Origin: Octopus sinensis
Taxonomy: Eukaryota
DNA length: 64,000 nt
NCBI RefSeq assembly: GCF_006345805.1
Contig: NC_042999.1
Span: 50,158,001-50,222,000, forward strand
Direction of reading: 5' to 3'
Each line of letters starts with the position of its first letter. Within the stretch, counting starts at the first letter, position 1. The translations under genes were made by a program, and so were the position numbers. Below the pieces are notes generated by a model, which was not told the origin of the DNA, ran no database searches, and saw nothing but the letters and a program-made list of their open reading frames with translations. Below are positions 12,850-26,163 of the stretch, in pieces.

Positions 12850-13267
12850 ATGGAGTGGCTGTGTAGTAAGTAGCTTGCTTACCAGCCACATGGCTCCAGG
12901 TTCATTCCTTGGGCAAGTGTCTTCTGCCATAGCCTCGGGCCAACCAAAGCCTTGTGAGTGGATGTGGTAGATGGAAACTGAAAGAAGCCCGTCGTATATA
13001 TGTATATATATATATTTATATATATGTGCGTGTGTATGTATGTATGTATGTGTGTGTGTGTATATACCTGTGTTTGTCACCCCAACATTGCTTGACAACT
13101 GATGGTTGTGTGCTTACATCCCCGCAACTTAGTGGTTTGGCAAAAGTGACTGATAGAATAAGTAATAGGGTTCCAAAGAATAAGTCCTGGGGTTGATTTG
13201 CTCAAACTAAAGGTGGCGCTCCAGCATGGCCACAATGAAATGACTGAAATAAGTAAAAAGAGTAAAA
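12850..13267 (+). mobile_element. Family A SINE (an older inverted head lies at ~12565-12730)
   Basis: Head GGAGTGGCTGTGTAGTAAG, core TTGGGCAAGTGTCTTC and tail AAGTAAAAAGAG. Confidence 0.9.
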
Positions 13268-13514
13268 AAAGAAAAAAGAGATCAGAGAAGCATTTGGCAT
13301 ATTTCATGTTTGTTGGTATTAGCACTGATGATCACAGGTCAAACACAACTGAAAATCTCTACAATATCATTGGTATTCCAATCATGACCACTCCATTTAT
13401 AATGTAAAAGAATCTAGTCTTGGAAGTATGACTGGTATGATATCACTCAGTGTGTGCTTGTAATAAAAGAAAAATCCTTACAACATGCATTCACTATGCA
13501 TGTATGTATGTACG

Positions 13515-13548
<34 letters not shown>

Positions 13549-13576
13549 TGTATGTATGTATGTATGTATGTACGTA

Positions 13577-14440
13577 TAGAACCAGCTATCTTGGTTGAAG
13601 GAACAATTCTGAAGGTAGTAGACAAGTTTGCTACCTGGGCAGCACACTCAGCCGTTCTTGCTCCCTGGATGAGGAAATATCTTTCAGGTTGCAGAGAGCA
13701 ACTAATTCCTTCCAGTCTCTTCAGTCTCATGTCTGGTCTCAACATGGCATCGCAAGGAGAACAAAAGTTGCTGTGTACCGTGCTTGTGTACTGACATCGC
13801 TTCTCTCTCTACTCATGTGAGACATGGACTCTGTATAAACGTCAGGTAAGGGTCTTTGAACGTTTTCATCAGAGATGTCTCAGACACATTCTCAATGTTG
13901 GCTGGACCTCAAAAATTCCAGACACACAGATCCTGAGAACAGCTGATATCTTGAGTATTGAGGCAATGGTGCATGAGCACCGGTTGCTTTGGACTGGACA
14001 TCTTATTAGGATAGAAGGATTCCTAAGCAGATTCTCTATGGAGAACTTGTGAATGGAAGGAGACTCCGGCACAAACCAAGGCTGCGATTTAAGGACTGTG
14101 TCAAGTCCTCATTAAAGGCCTGTGATATGCAGGACACTGACTGGGAGAACAATGCCTCTCATCGCCACAGATGGAAGAAGCAAGTTAAGGAGGGGATCAA
14201 CACTTTTGAGAGAGCACGTATCCAGCATGAAAAACTTAAGCGAGCTACGCGAAAGCACACGACTCGTATAGTGAATGGGGAAAGCTTGGTCTGCAATGTT
14301 TGCAGTCGTGTATGCTTGTCAAGAGCAGGGGTCATTAGCCACCAACAGAGCCACAAATGCAAAATATAAGTTAGTCCTAGAGTGCACAATGTTCCTGAAG
14401 ATCGGCAATGGTCTTCCTCGGTCACGAGTGGACAGCCATC
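13577..14440 (+). mobile_element. 5'-truncated RTE (BovB-like) LINE: RT C-terminus, C2H2 finger and 3' UTR
   Basis: With ~3 frameshifts reads ILKVVDKF(C)YLGSTLS...KVAVYRACVLTSLLYSCETWTLYKRQVRVFERFHQRCLRHIL...LLWTGHLIR...RIPKQILYGELVNGRR...KPRLRFKDCVKSSLK...CNVCSRVCLSRAGVISHQQSH. These are the RTE hallmarks YLGS, LLYxxETW and FKD. Confidence 0.95.
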
Positions 14441-14699
14441 ATGTATGTATGTATGTATGCATGTATGTATGCATGCATGTATGTAAGTATGTATGAATCT
14501 ATGTATGTATGTATGAATGCATGCATGCTTTTATCTGTACAAGCATCTAAGTATGCATGTATGTATATACACGCATACAGATATTTCAAACAACCTTTAC
14601 TGGTACTTTATGTCCTTCAAAATTGTCAATAAATTGAGTGCAAACATTTTTCATAGATTTTCTCAATAATCTGTTCCAAGCTCCCTTTATTATTTTTAC

Positions 14700-16290
14700 T
14701 GCATCCAGAATATTGAATGGTTTCCAAAATTATTGTAGCGGTGAGCTCCTTTCCTTGACAATAGCATTTATTAACTGATCAAATGTGTGCTGACTGTAAT
14801 ACACTTTAAATATTGCAATAAAGCCTTGATCCATTGGTTGCCAAAGTGATGTATTTGGCAACATACACATTAATCTAATCTTGGGATAGAAATATTGTAG
14901 AACTTGTGGAAGACAAGGTACATTATCTACAATCAGTAGCTTATGAAATGGAATATTTTTTTGCCTTGGCAATATTTTATTTTTTATTTTATACTTTGGA
15001 GATAAAGTGATGAAAGAAACAAGCTTCAAACAGTGAAACAGTAACCAAAGCATGTTTTATTTGCTTTCCATATGACTGGTAATACTGCTTTTATGAAGAT
15101 TATTAGTGCCTTTGAATTTTCAGCATGAAAATAGGCGCAGGAGTGGCTGTGTGGTAAGTAGCTTACTTACAAACCACATGGTTCCGGGTTCAGTCCCACT
15201 GCGTGGCACCTTGGGTAAGTGTCTTCTATTATAGCCTCAGGCCGACCAAAGCCTTGTGAGTGGATTTGGTAGACGGAAACTGAAAGAAGCCCGTCGTATA
15301 TATGTATATATATATATGCGTGTGTGTTTCTGTGTCTGTGTTTGTCTCCCTAGCATTGCTTGATAACCGATGCTGGTGTGTTTATGTCCCCATTACTTAA
15401 CGGTTCGGCAAAAAGAGACCGATAGAATAAGCACTGGGCTTACAAAAAGAATAAGTCCCGGGGTCGAGTTGCTCGATTAAAGGCGGTGCTCCAGCATGGC
15501 CGCAGTCAAATGACTGAAACAAGTAAAAGAGTAAAGAGAGTATACACAAGCATGACGTTGACTTAGCGTTTTTAAGTTGCATTACCTCCAAATTTAATGC
15601 TAACAAATCTTTAGCTACTTTAAAATCTGACATCAATGATTTTTCTTTGGCAATGTAGTTTGCCAGCATGCACTTCCAAAATAGACATGTTTCATGCATA
15701 CTATAAATTTGTGAAAGCATATAACTATATTCTGCTATTGTTTTTTCTTGTTTTAACAAGAATGGAGTTGCTATACGAATTTCAGCAATCACAACTTCTT
15801 TTTGCATTATATATTATGCCAACCAGTTCATTTTTTACATTTCTAAAACCAAGCATTGCTTGCAGTAAATATTTCATCATAATAGCCTTCTTTCTTATCA
15901 TTAAGCAACTTAAAAATAGATAAGGTTTCAGCACAAACAATAGCTTGCATACTAAACATGTTTAATCACAGCACTTGTTCAATTGTCCGTGTTGATAAAT
16001 GCATTTTCACGTGAACAATAAGGCTTATCACTTCTTTTTGCCATGTTCTATCAAGAAGTGAATATTTGTAATTTCATTCAAATATTTTTCTTTGTCCATT
16101 AAAATCATTAATACAGTTAAAAATTTTTGAACCTAAATCTTTAATGATTCTTCCAGCACTTCGTTCCTTTATGATCTTATATTTTACTTCTGAAGTTATT
16201 GTTTTCCATTTCTTTGTATTTTCTATAGCATTCCCTCCTTATAATCTTTGCATTTTGGCATATTGGAAGCAGGTAGCATAATCAAAATGA
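14700..16290 (-). mobile_element. Tigger (pogo/CENP-B family) transposase fossil, split by a family A SINE
   Basis: N-terminal HTH-like KWKTITSEVKYKII near 16220-16170; SQIYSMHETCLFWKCM..YIAKEKSLMSDFKVAKDLL (ORF 15397-15807); LLIVDNVP..LPNTSLWQPMDQGFIAIFKVYY (ORF 14730-15053), matching the Tigger DDE_1 signature QPMDQG. Confidence 0.9.
15132..15541 (+). mobile_element. Family A SINE, young near-consensus copy inserted in the Tigger fossil
   Basis: AGGCGCAGGAGTGGCTGTGTGGTAAG...GTAAAAGAGTAAAGAG with many CpGs retained. Confidence 0.95.
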
Positions 16291-16417
16291 ATTCAACATG
16301 ATATGCTGTGGTTTATAGCTAGAATTAACCGAAAAATCACCCATCTAGCTCAAAAAGTAGCTATAAGAAATGCATTTTATTAAAGAATTATTATAACAAA
16401 TTTAAATATAGATTCTT

Positions 16418-16814
16418 TTGGCTGTGTGGTAAGTAGCTTGCTTACCAACCACATGGTTCTGGGTTCAGCCCCACTGCATGGCACCTTGGGCAAGTGTCTT
16501 CTACTATAACCTCGGGCCGACCAAAGCCTTGTGAGTGGATTTGGTAGACAGAAACTGAAAGAAGCCTGTCGTATATATGTATATATATGTGTGTATGTGT
16601 GTGTATATGTTTGTGTGCCTGTGTTTGTCCCCCCAACATCGCTTGACAACCGATGCTGGTGTGTTTACGTCCCCCGTAACTTAGCGGTTCGGCAAAAGAG
16701 ACCGATGCAATAAGTACTAGGCTTACAAAGAATAAGTCCTGGGGTCAATTTGTTTGACTAAAGGCAGTGCTCCAGCATGGCCACAGTCACATGACTGAAA
16801 CAAGTAAAAGAGTA
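16418..16814 (+). mobile_element. Family A SINE
   Basis: All family blocks present. Confidence 0.92.
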
Positions 16815-17559
16815 ATCCGCCAAAATTTATTTATCATACCTTATAACTTAGCATAAAAATCTTACTTTTTAATACTGAGCAGGAAGTTGATTCAAGTATG
16901 TGGGGGAACCTGATAAGCATTAGTAAGCTTATGCATTGGGTTATGGGTATAAGCTGTAGGTAGCAAACTAGCCTATACATTTTTCAACTACAACTACTAT
17001 GGCTATTTTGAAATTGCCATATGTGATTAACCCTTAAACTTGCGAGTCATTTTACCATAGTGTGTTATTAGCCATCTAATTAAAATGATAAAAACCACTC
17101 TGAAAGACTAGCTAGATTGTGCTACATTATTTTTTTTTAAATCAACAAGATTTATAGCTACGTGCTACGTGACTATTTCCATTAGCTATGTTATCTTAAA
17201 ACATGCCAGATCTAACAAGAAATTATCTAAATTAGCAATCCTGGTTGGAAGGGTGAACTAATTTAAATGTTTTCATAAGAAAGAGAGTAGCAGGCAGAAT
17301 GTCAATACAGTGTGCACACACAATGTCAACATGCAAATTGACTGAATGAACAAACTAATACTCATGAACACGTTATCAAGTGGCACTGCAGTAATTAAAC
17401 TTTTAAAGCAATCATTATGAATGTTTACTAGTTATTTTGCATAATTAATGATTAAGATTTTATTTTTATAATTTAAAAAAAAAAAAACTATCATTAAAGC
17501 TTGGCATTATTAAGTGAGAGATCATTAAGAGAGGGGTTACTGCATAACCCTGCAGCTTA

Positions 17560-17940
17560 TTCTATGATTTATCTAGTGTTTTGCTATTTAAATCCCAAAT
17601 GTATTATCCTATGTTATCCTTCCTTAACAAAACCTACTTTTGCATATCTTCTACCTCAAATGTCTACCACCTTCATTTCATACAGCATTGAACAGCACAC
17701 ACCACCATTTTTTAAATGTTGATTTTGTGGCTGGTATATTGGGTGTAATTTAGCCTGGGTTAAAATCTTCTTTAAGAATTTTGGTTGCTATTTGTTTTTT
17801 ATGATGGTGTATGTTTGGCGGATTCGGTTCATCTTTGGGTCTCCCTTGAGTAGGGCTGTGCTTTGGAGTATGGTGTTGAAGGCCTCATCGTTAAGTGGGT
17901 TGTGTGTAGAGATGTAGGGTAGGGTTTTTAATTTTTAAGC
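17560..17940 (-). mobile_element. Penelope-like element fossil (RT-to-GIY-YIG linker)
   Basis: Minus frame reads TLPYISTHNPLNDEAFNTILQSTALLKGDPKMNRIRQTYTIIKNK*QPKFLKKILTQAK, resembling the PLE linker PYxxTxNP...IIKSKRQPxNLKxILTxAK. Confidence 0.6.
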
Positions 17941-19344
17941 ACTCTATTCTTTCTAAGATTCAGGCCTGGTTTTTGGTTTGTGGATATCTTCCTCCCCCAT
18001 CTTCCTTCCACTAATCTTAGAAAATCTTTAAAAGATCTTGTATAATGCTCTTACCTCCTCACCGAGAGATAAAAAAAAATGTTTGAAATAATCCCACAAA
18101 CTACTTAACTAAAATATAATACAGTTCTGTTTCAAGAAAGTTTTAACTTTAATCAATCTGGCAGCTGACCATGTCTGATAGACTTAAATAATATCTGTGG
18201 TTGGGACCAAACTTTCAAGTACAAATAGTTTGATGTATTTACTATTTAGCCACTAAAATAAATAATTACTCCTGAAAGATAAAGATGTATCAGAAACATT
18301 TAACGAAAAGTAAATCTATTTTGAAAGAATAAATATCTAAATGTGACAATAAAATGATAGACAATCACTAAGTTAAAAGCTTATGACAGTTGATATTGAA
18401 GAAACGTTGTTGATAATGAAAACAATGATGTTGAGAACATTGATTCACCATGATGGTTACTATGGGGATGACTGTGATTACAATGATGATGTCCACTACT
18501 CTATTGAAACTAGAAGGTTTCCAATCAGCTAAGACAAAAGATTCAATCAACAGAATGTTGAAAAGCAATTATTGATGGAAATATATTTCCAAATTAGATC
18601 TCACTCACCATCTTCTTAGATATTATCAGCATCAACATCCTCATCTACAATAGCATTTTAATCAATATCAATATTATCAATATCATCAACAACAATAAGA
18701 ACAACTTATTCACTGATTTGATGTTGTTTTAGAAAATACCAAATCACTTTGAGAATATTTTCTATGTACAGATTTATTCAGTTCATATGAAGTTAAGTAA
18801 TTGCCTACATGACATAAATGAAAATAGTTCCAAAGACCTCCTAAGATTCTTTGACAGCTAGCTGGTAATAGTAAGATTTAACCTATGTTAAGTTAGCTTA
18901 CTGAAATAAAGGGTTTCATAAAATGGTAACTGAGAAAAGAAGCTAAATAGAAAAAAAGAAATGATGAACTCAAGTAGCGTTCAAAGCAATATAAAAAGAC
19001 ATAAAAGAAAAAAAAATTTTTACCAAGTTTTTATCGATAATGGACATTTGATTATAAAAAGAAATAATTAAATTTGTTCATATATATATCATCAACGTCA
19101 TTTTAATATTCACTATTCTCTGCTCGCATGGGTCAGGTAGAATTTATTGAGGAAGATTTTCTATGGTCATACCCTTCCTTTCACCAACCCTCATCTGTTT
19201 TCAAGTAAGATATTCCCCCATGGCCTGACATGTTTTCCCAAAATATCTGAAAATTATAGACATCACTTGTATAATAGTAACACTCATTTACAACTGTTAC
19301 CCTACGTTATAATGTCACACATATATACATATACATATATATAT

Positions 19345-19678
19345 TGGGTAAGTGTCTTCTACTATAGCTTCGGGCCGACCAAAGCCTTGTGAGTGCATTT
19401 GGTAGACAGAAACTGAAAGAAGACCGTCATGTATATATATATATGTATATATTTGTGTTTGTGTCATTGTTTGACCCTCCTCCCCGCCATTGCTTGACAA
19501 CTGATGTTGGTGTGCATATGTCCTTGTAACTTTGCAGTTCAGCAAAAGAGACCCATAGCATAAGTACTAGGCTTACAAAGAATAAGTCCTGAGGTCAATT
19601 GCTTTGACTGAAAACTTTTTAAGAAGGTGCTCCAGCATGGCCACAGTCAAAATTACTAAAACAAGTTGAAAAAAGAAT

Positions 19679-19680
<2 letters not shown>
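19345..19680 (+). mobile_element. Family A SINE lacking its tRNA head
   Basis: Starts at TTGGGTAAGTGTCTTC and runs to the tail. Confidence 0.85.
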
Positions 19681-19721
<41 letters not shown>

Positions 19722-20748
19722 AAATTACTCTTGATATCAGACACAAACACCCGACACACATGTCTCCAGGAACTCAGAACTACACTCATAAACAGGAATT
19801 ATCCACAACCCCTAATAGGCAATATAATCCAACAAGCACTTAAATTAAATATAGAAGACCTGAGAATTTAGTATTTCTTTAGTGCCTTTCACTATGCTTC
19901 TGTCACTCACTGCTCAGAATTTTTTATCACAACAGCTTCTTTTGCAATAGGTTTTTTAGTTTCGCAATTCTGAGTTATCCAATATGTCAGTCTCAATGGT
20001 CCAAGTTATGATCTAAATGTCATATCCCACGCCTTGCTTTAGTCTGCCTTAGCTACAGATACTTTCCACCTTGTTATATACATAAATGCAGATATTATCT
20101 ATTTGTATAACATGTCAGGAGCAGCGTAGACAACATCTTGCTAGCATATATTAAACTATGAAATTGATTCCTAGTCACATTTTCAACCTGCTTCCAGCTT
20201 GCCTTACTCTTTCATTAATTCTGCACATCTCTTACAATATATACAACTTGTTTGTTTTCCTATAATCTCTATATATCATCTCCACTCACAATATATATAC
20301 CACAGAAATACAACTTTAAACTCCTTACATATATCTCAGAATCAACAAAGTCTCCACGGAAAATGAAAAGAAAAAATTCTGTTCTAAACATGGTACAAAT
20401 TCACACACTATAAGTCTCTTCACACTGTACTGTCACTAGTGCCATCTTCAGTACTAATTATGCCTCCATTAGATAACTTTTGTAATATTATCTAACGCAT
20501 CTGAGTAGATCTATGTAGATCAATGTTTGTTTTCAGTATTTTCATGAACAGTTATCTGAATACACACACACACAGATGATGCAGACATGGCTTTGTGGTC
20601 AAGAGGTTTGTTTTACAACTATGTATAAGTGCTTCCTCAGGCTAATCAATGTCTTGTGAGTGAAACTGATTAATGGAAACTGCATGGAAGCCAATCTGTA
20701 TATATTTGGAGGTGATGTACAGGTATTATATATTAGAAAAAATAAGAT

Positions 20749-20966
20749 ACTCAGAAATCTGGATTGTTGTATATTTACAGATTTTTATTAATATGTCATA
20801 TGTTTTTATAAATCATATATTAGCGCTTGCATCTACTCCAGTAGAATCTCCAGATTTAAATCTGGAGAGTCTACTAGAGTAGATGCAAGCGCTAATATAT
20901 GATTTATAAAAACATGTGACATATTAATAAAAATCTGTAAATGTACAACAATCCAGATTTCTGAGT
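20749..20966. repeat. Spacer-less near-perfect palindrome, 2 x 109 bp (weaker arms extend to ~20727-20987)
   Basis: Centre CCAGATTT|AAATCTGG at 20857/20858; four arm mismatches counted by eye. Confidence 0.95.
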
Positions 20967-20994
20967 TCCTTAATTTTCTAATATATATATATAG

Positions 20995-21230
20995 GAAGAA
21001 TTCACAAAAAACAAAAGATGAAGACAGGTGGTGTAGACAACAAACAGATGTATTAGTTTAACACTCAGGAAGTGAAAAAAGTCTACACTCTTCCACAGAA
21101 AGGAACACAAAAAGAAACAAGGAGAGAAAATAAAGAATGTGTAGTGGCTAGCGATCTATCATGGTGAATGCCAGACAGAAGGGTCACACAGGAGAGCTAG
21201 GAAGAAGGGGAGATAATAAAGTAGTGGTGA
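20995..21230 (-). mobile_element. Repeat remnant resembling a Penelope-type terminal segment, directly next to the palindrome
   Basis: GATGAAGACAGGTGGTGTAGACAACAAACAGATGTATTAG...CTCTTCCACAGAAAGG recalls an octopus repeat; the Penelope assignment is from memory only. Confidence 0.35.
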
Positions 21231-21518
21231 TCCCATCTGTGTGTATGTGGAATTTATGTACTTCTTAAAAAGATCATCCAAGAGAAGGAAAATGGCTGTG
21301 TCATGTTTATATCTCCATTGAACACTATGAACAACAAGTCTACACTCTCGAAAAAGTAGAATGAAAATAGAAATCCCTTACTTGTAAAATAGGCAAAGGT
21401 TGACAACATGAAAAACATTTGGCCAAAAGAATATCGCCTAAAATGAGTAGCCATTCAGCCTATACCAGTATAGAAAAAGTGAATGAACAACCAAATGAAC
21501 GTGTGGTGGGGTGTAATT

Positions 21519-21727
21519 GATGAGGGAACCAGAAAATGGATTTGGTACAAATCTTTATTCAACATGACAATCGCTTTGACCCATTCTAGAGTTGTCCCTT
21601 ATATGTAGGATATTGTGCATCTCGTTATGTTGGATCAATCACCATAAGGGACAGCTGTAGGATGGGTTGAAATGATTGTTGTGTTGAATAAAAGCTCATA
21701 CCAAATCCATCTTCTGTTTCCTTCATC
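21519..21727. mobile_element. Small hairpin MITE with ~70-bp imperfect inverted arms
   Basis: GATGAGGGAACCAGAAAATGGATTTGGTA...TTTATTCAACA pairs with TGTTGAATAAAA...TACCAAATCCATCTTCTGTTTCCTTCATC. Confidence 0.7.
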
Positions 21728-21872
21728 GATTATAAGCCAAAGGAACACTGCAGAATTCCTGACATAAATCCAGTGAAAATTATACCATTAACTGAGGATG
21801 ACATCAGCTATCCCAAACAGAGAATGTGCTTCAATCAGCATACTAATAGACATATACCCAAAGTTCAAATAA

Positions 21873-22389
21873 TCTATATATATAAAACTGTAGTTGTGTG
21901 AGTGTCTGTCTCCTACGATTTAGATTCCTAACTCCTCCGACATTTTGCGGTGCAGTTTAACCAAATTCGGATATCTTATAGTCGTGATTAATATCGAGCC
22001 CGTCTGACTATTAGCACACGTCTACGATGAGTCTACGATTTTAAAAATAATTTAACATCATTTTTTATTCCATTTTAATGCATAATTTTTCGTGTGTCGA
22101 TGGCGGTGGAGTTGGCGTCCACGCTCAAACACCTGCACCTGTGTTTGCTGCTCCCCCTTCTTCCCTCCCTCGTGAAGCTGTGGGGAAGGGAGTTTAAGGA
22201 AATCAACGTCGTAATGCGTTGTCAAGGAGACCAGCGTTCTTTTAGAACAACGACTTCATGGCTTGAAGACACCAAAACAGAAATGGCTAAGAAAGCCCGA
22301 ATTGGCATCTATAAAGGAAGTAACTCTCTAAAAATGCTTATATAGTTATTTCCCTTACAAACCCGAGCAACGCCGGGCGATACTGCTAG
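21873..22389 (+). mobile_element. Non-autonomous Helitron
   Basis: A|TCTATATATATAAAA 5' end, subterminal hairpin CCCGAGCAACGCCGGG and CTAG|T 3' end; A-T target with no TSD. Confidence 0.85.
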
Positions 22390-22447
22390 TTACTTATATA
22401 AATACACACACACACACACACACCACACACACACACACATACATACA

Positions 22448-22483
<36 letters not shown>

Positions 22484-22559
22484 TATATGTATTTGTGAAT
22501 TTAATTCTTTCAAGGGGAAAAAATTTAAGTTACTCCTCTTCATTACAACTTTCTTCTGT

Positions 22560-23620
22560 GTTCATTGCTCAAAGGTAGCTTCCTTCCAAATTTGCCATTT
22601 TTTGTCAGGGGTGAGAGTGTGGTTTTAGATGTTCAGAATAGTTAATAGTCAACTTCAGTTTGTCCTGATGGTTTTTGGGTCAATTTGATCCAGGTATTTT
22701 TTTTTCCCCGTGCTCTTTTGTCTACTTCCCATTCTTGTGTCAAGAATTGTGTAAATAGTTTGTATGAGCATTCTAGTTTAATTAATGCTTCTTTATTACA
22801 TCAGAAATAGTAAGCTAGAAGAAACTAGTTTGTCAAATATGACCATTTCATATAAGTAGTTGTGCTATGATACTCCAAGGATTCAGCAAAGCATTTCATA
22901 TGAAAGAACTCCAGTATGTTGAAATTGCTTTTGAGCAACATTCAGGATTTGGTATCATATAAAGCAACATAAGGAATAAATGTTGATTCTGGTATGTAAA
23001 ATGATGTTCTGTTATTTTTAAACAAGCCTGTTAAAGGAACCAAATGCTGAGGATGTCATATAATGATGCAATCTTTTTCTTTCATATTAGATGATACAAA
23101 GTATTTAAAACTAGTAGTTTATTTCAGTTTTAGTTCATCTAATCTAAAATACTACAACTAATCTGTATTTGATTTTATCATCATAAGTAAAACACAATTT
23201 TAGGATATTTTCAAAGACTTAAAAGAATTTTTCCTTTTGTATCAGCAAGACTTGCACTGCCAATATGAGATTGCTGATATCTATTCTGGCAAAACTGCAT
23301 TCACCATTGTGATTTTGGTACTTTTTTCATCCTTGCATTGATGGCTACATCGAATAACAGAGGTGAGGAGATGTAGCCTTTTCTAATGCCTATTCAATAA
23401 TGAAAATATCCAATAATGACCAACAACAATACTGATAACCTATAAAGAATCATAATGTAATGTAAACTCTGATAGAAACACACATTGGGACCTAGCAAAC
23501 TGCAACCAACAAAATGAATCATGGAACTCTTTTTGTTAAGAGAAAAGGCAGTGCCTATGAATCTTTGCAGGGTTTCCAAGACTAATGGGAGAGAGAAGGG
23601 GAAACCAAGGACTTGGCCTA
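22560..23620 (-). mobile_element. Heavily decayed CR1/L2-like LINE RT fossil
   Basis: GCSLLGPNVCF resembles QGSxLGPxLF (ORF 23394-23579) and ESLEY resembles PHLEY near 22890; many stops. Confidence 0.4.
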
Positions 23621-24559
23621 AAAACTTGCAACAAAGTGGGCCCTGCTAAAGGCTCCCAGGGTGCCAAGCAGTGGTGTTGAGCAGGGTCGCATATTATGTC
23701 TACCACCCAAATAGTTCGGTCTGAGTTCAAATCTTCAAACTGTGTGGTCTGGCATTCTTACAGTTCAATTAATCCACCACTCTAGTCTAGAACTTTTCTC
23801 ATCATTCCTAAAAGAATGAAGGGCTTATTTTACTTTGATGGGATTTGAACTCAAAGCACAGAAAGTCAAAACAAACACAGCAAGGCATTCTGTCCACTAC
23901 TCAAATACTTCTGACAACTTCTTCATATTCTAAATGATTCTGGTGGCAAATTCCCACGTAATAAATATTACACATACAGAAAAGTTCACTGGCATCCTGA
24001 CCATTTTAACAACAATAAATTTCTAAGAAATAGACAGAATAGTTAAAATTTTTATACAATAATGATTCTCCAACTGAGACACCATCTGCAAAACTGTTAA
24101 ATATTCCAGTGATTAATCATTCTTGTAAACCACCTTCTATGAAGAAAATTAAAATGTTAGAATTGAAGAATTTTGAAATGGTAACACTACAGGTGTTGAT
24201 AAAACAACATCTAAAATGCTTAAAGGTGGTGGTAATATACTGTTCTCTGAATGGCCATAACTACATCTTGCTTGAACTAAAGGGAAACATTATTGACTGG
24301 AGGAAGAATTTTATCATTATTCAAGCATTATAACAATGATTTTATCATACTTGCTGTTTAACTCCAGGTTAGCCAGGACTGAGCAGACCTATAGTTACAA
24401 GCAAATAAGCCATGAGCATCTAACCTATAAATACTATAGTTATCTGGCATTCTGTTGGTTATGAGGATGAGGGATCCAGTTGAACTGATCAATGGAATAG
24501 CCTGTTCATGAAATTAATGTGCAAGTGATTAAGTTATCCACAGACATGCATAGTTTCTA

Positions 24560-25426
24560 CACTATGGGATGCATATGAAAAGTTGACATTGCAGAAGTGG
24601 GAAGACAATTTTGATGCCAGTGATGAGGAAGAACCTGATTGATAATTTCATAATTAAAGGAGTTACCTTTATATTGTTTATTGGTGTAGTCTGTGTGAAG
24701 AATATTGACAGCTGTAGCAGGAGTAAAAGACAGCTGCTCTTAAGTTAGGGAAGATAGCAGAAAGAGCATCTTGCTGGTTCAGAAATAACTGAGAGTAGTT
24801 GAGGTGGAATCATCACTGACAACCCAACTACTGGAGGAATCTGTATATAGGGTCAAAAGCCTTGAGAAAAGTTGGCTACCACTTGTATGTAACATTAATA
24901 GTATGTATGTAAGATTAATAGTACCATATGAGGACACTCAAACAATGACTGTTTCTAAAGAACTAAAAATCCAAAAGGCAGCGAGCTGGCAGAATCCTTA
25001 GCATGCCAGGCGAAATGCCTAGCGGTATTTTGTCTGACATTACGTTCAGAGTTCAAATTCCGCCGAGGTCGACTTTGCCTTTCATCCTTTCGGGGTCGAT
25101 TGAATAAGTACCCAATTACGTACTGGGGTCGATATAATCAACTTAATCCATTTGTCTGTCCTTGTTTGTCCTCTCCGTGTTTAGCTCCTTGTGGGTAGTA
25201 AAGAAATAGGAACTGAAAATTCAACATTACTTTAAAAAGATACTTGAAAAAATGTCATGATTAGCTAAGTAAAAAAAAATTCAATTATGAACAAAATGTG
25301 TAAGCAATGACAAGCAAGATAATAATATTATACAACATCAGGTTAAGCTATATATCAAATTGAAAGAGGATAATGTAATAGACTAAAAAGAAAACTATTT
25401 GGTAATTGCTACCTTACTGAGAGTTT
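24560..25426 (+). repeat. Diverged direct repeat copy 1 (SINE-filled); copy 2 at 30220-30909
   Basis: CACTATGGGAT...TTACTGAGAGTTT is collinear in both copies, with scattered substitutions and indels. Confidence 0.9.
24975..25209 (+). mobile_element. Family B SINE with a 15-bp target-site duplication
   Basis: Flanks GAACTAAAAATCCAA (24960-24974) and GAACTGAAAATTCAA (25210-25224). Confidence 0.92.
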
Positions 25427-25745
25427 CAGGGATATTCAGCATGACACAGAATGTGACAAGGCTGGACCCTTTAAATTACAAATACTACTCATTTTTGGCA
25501 ACTGAGTGTACTGGTGCAATATAAAATAAAGAGTGTTGCTCAAGGACACAATACACTACCAGTAATCACTCCAAGAGCCAAATCCCCATAACATACAAAA
25601 CCATGCACCATCACCAATATTTATCTAGATATACAACATTCATTGTGTCCCTCCCTTTTCAGAAGATGACAGGCTCTAACTCAAAGCCTGCCATTTTCAG
25701 ATCAGCCAATCACATGGAGAGTTCTTTGTTGGCTAAGGGTCATGC

Positions 25746-26163
25746 TTACTCTTTTACTCTTTTACTTGTTTCAGTCATTTGACTGCGGCCATGCTGGAGC
25801 ACCGCTTTTAGTTGAATCAAATCGACCCAAGGACTTATTCTTTGTAAGCCTAGTACTTATTCTATTTGTCTCTTTTGCTGAACTGCTAAGTTACGGGGAC
25901 ATAAACACACTTGCATCGGTTGTCAAGCGATGTTGGGGAGACAAACACAGAAACACAAACATATACACACACACACATATACACATATATATGTAGATAT
26001 ATACGACGGGCTTCTTTCAGTTTCCGTCTACCAAATCCACTCACAAGGCTTTGGTTGGCCCGAGGCTATAGTAGAAAACATTTGCCCAAGGTGCTATGCA
26101 GTAGGACTGAACCCGGAACCATGTGGTTCATAAGCAAGCTACTTAGCATACAGCCACGCCTAC
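25746..26163 (-). mobile_element. Family A SINE
   Basis: Full-length reverse-complement match to the family. Confidence 0.92.

Noticed and set aside
15132-15210. tRNA-like A/B boxes here and in other SINE heads (e.g. 50401-50470, 47548-47610)
   Set aside because: No complete cloverleaf or acceptor stem, and each continues directly into a SINE body.
22094-22345. 83-aa GC-richer ORF
   Set aside because: Lies wholly inside a non-autonomous Helitron, begins at GTG and has no recognisable motif.
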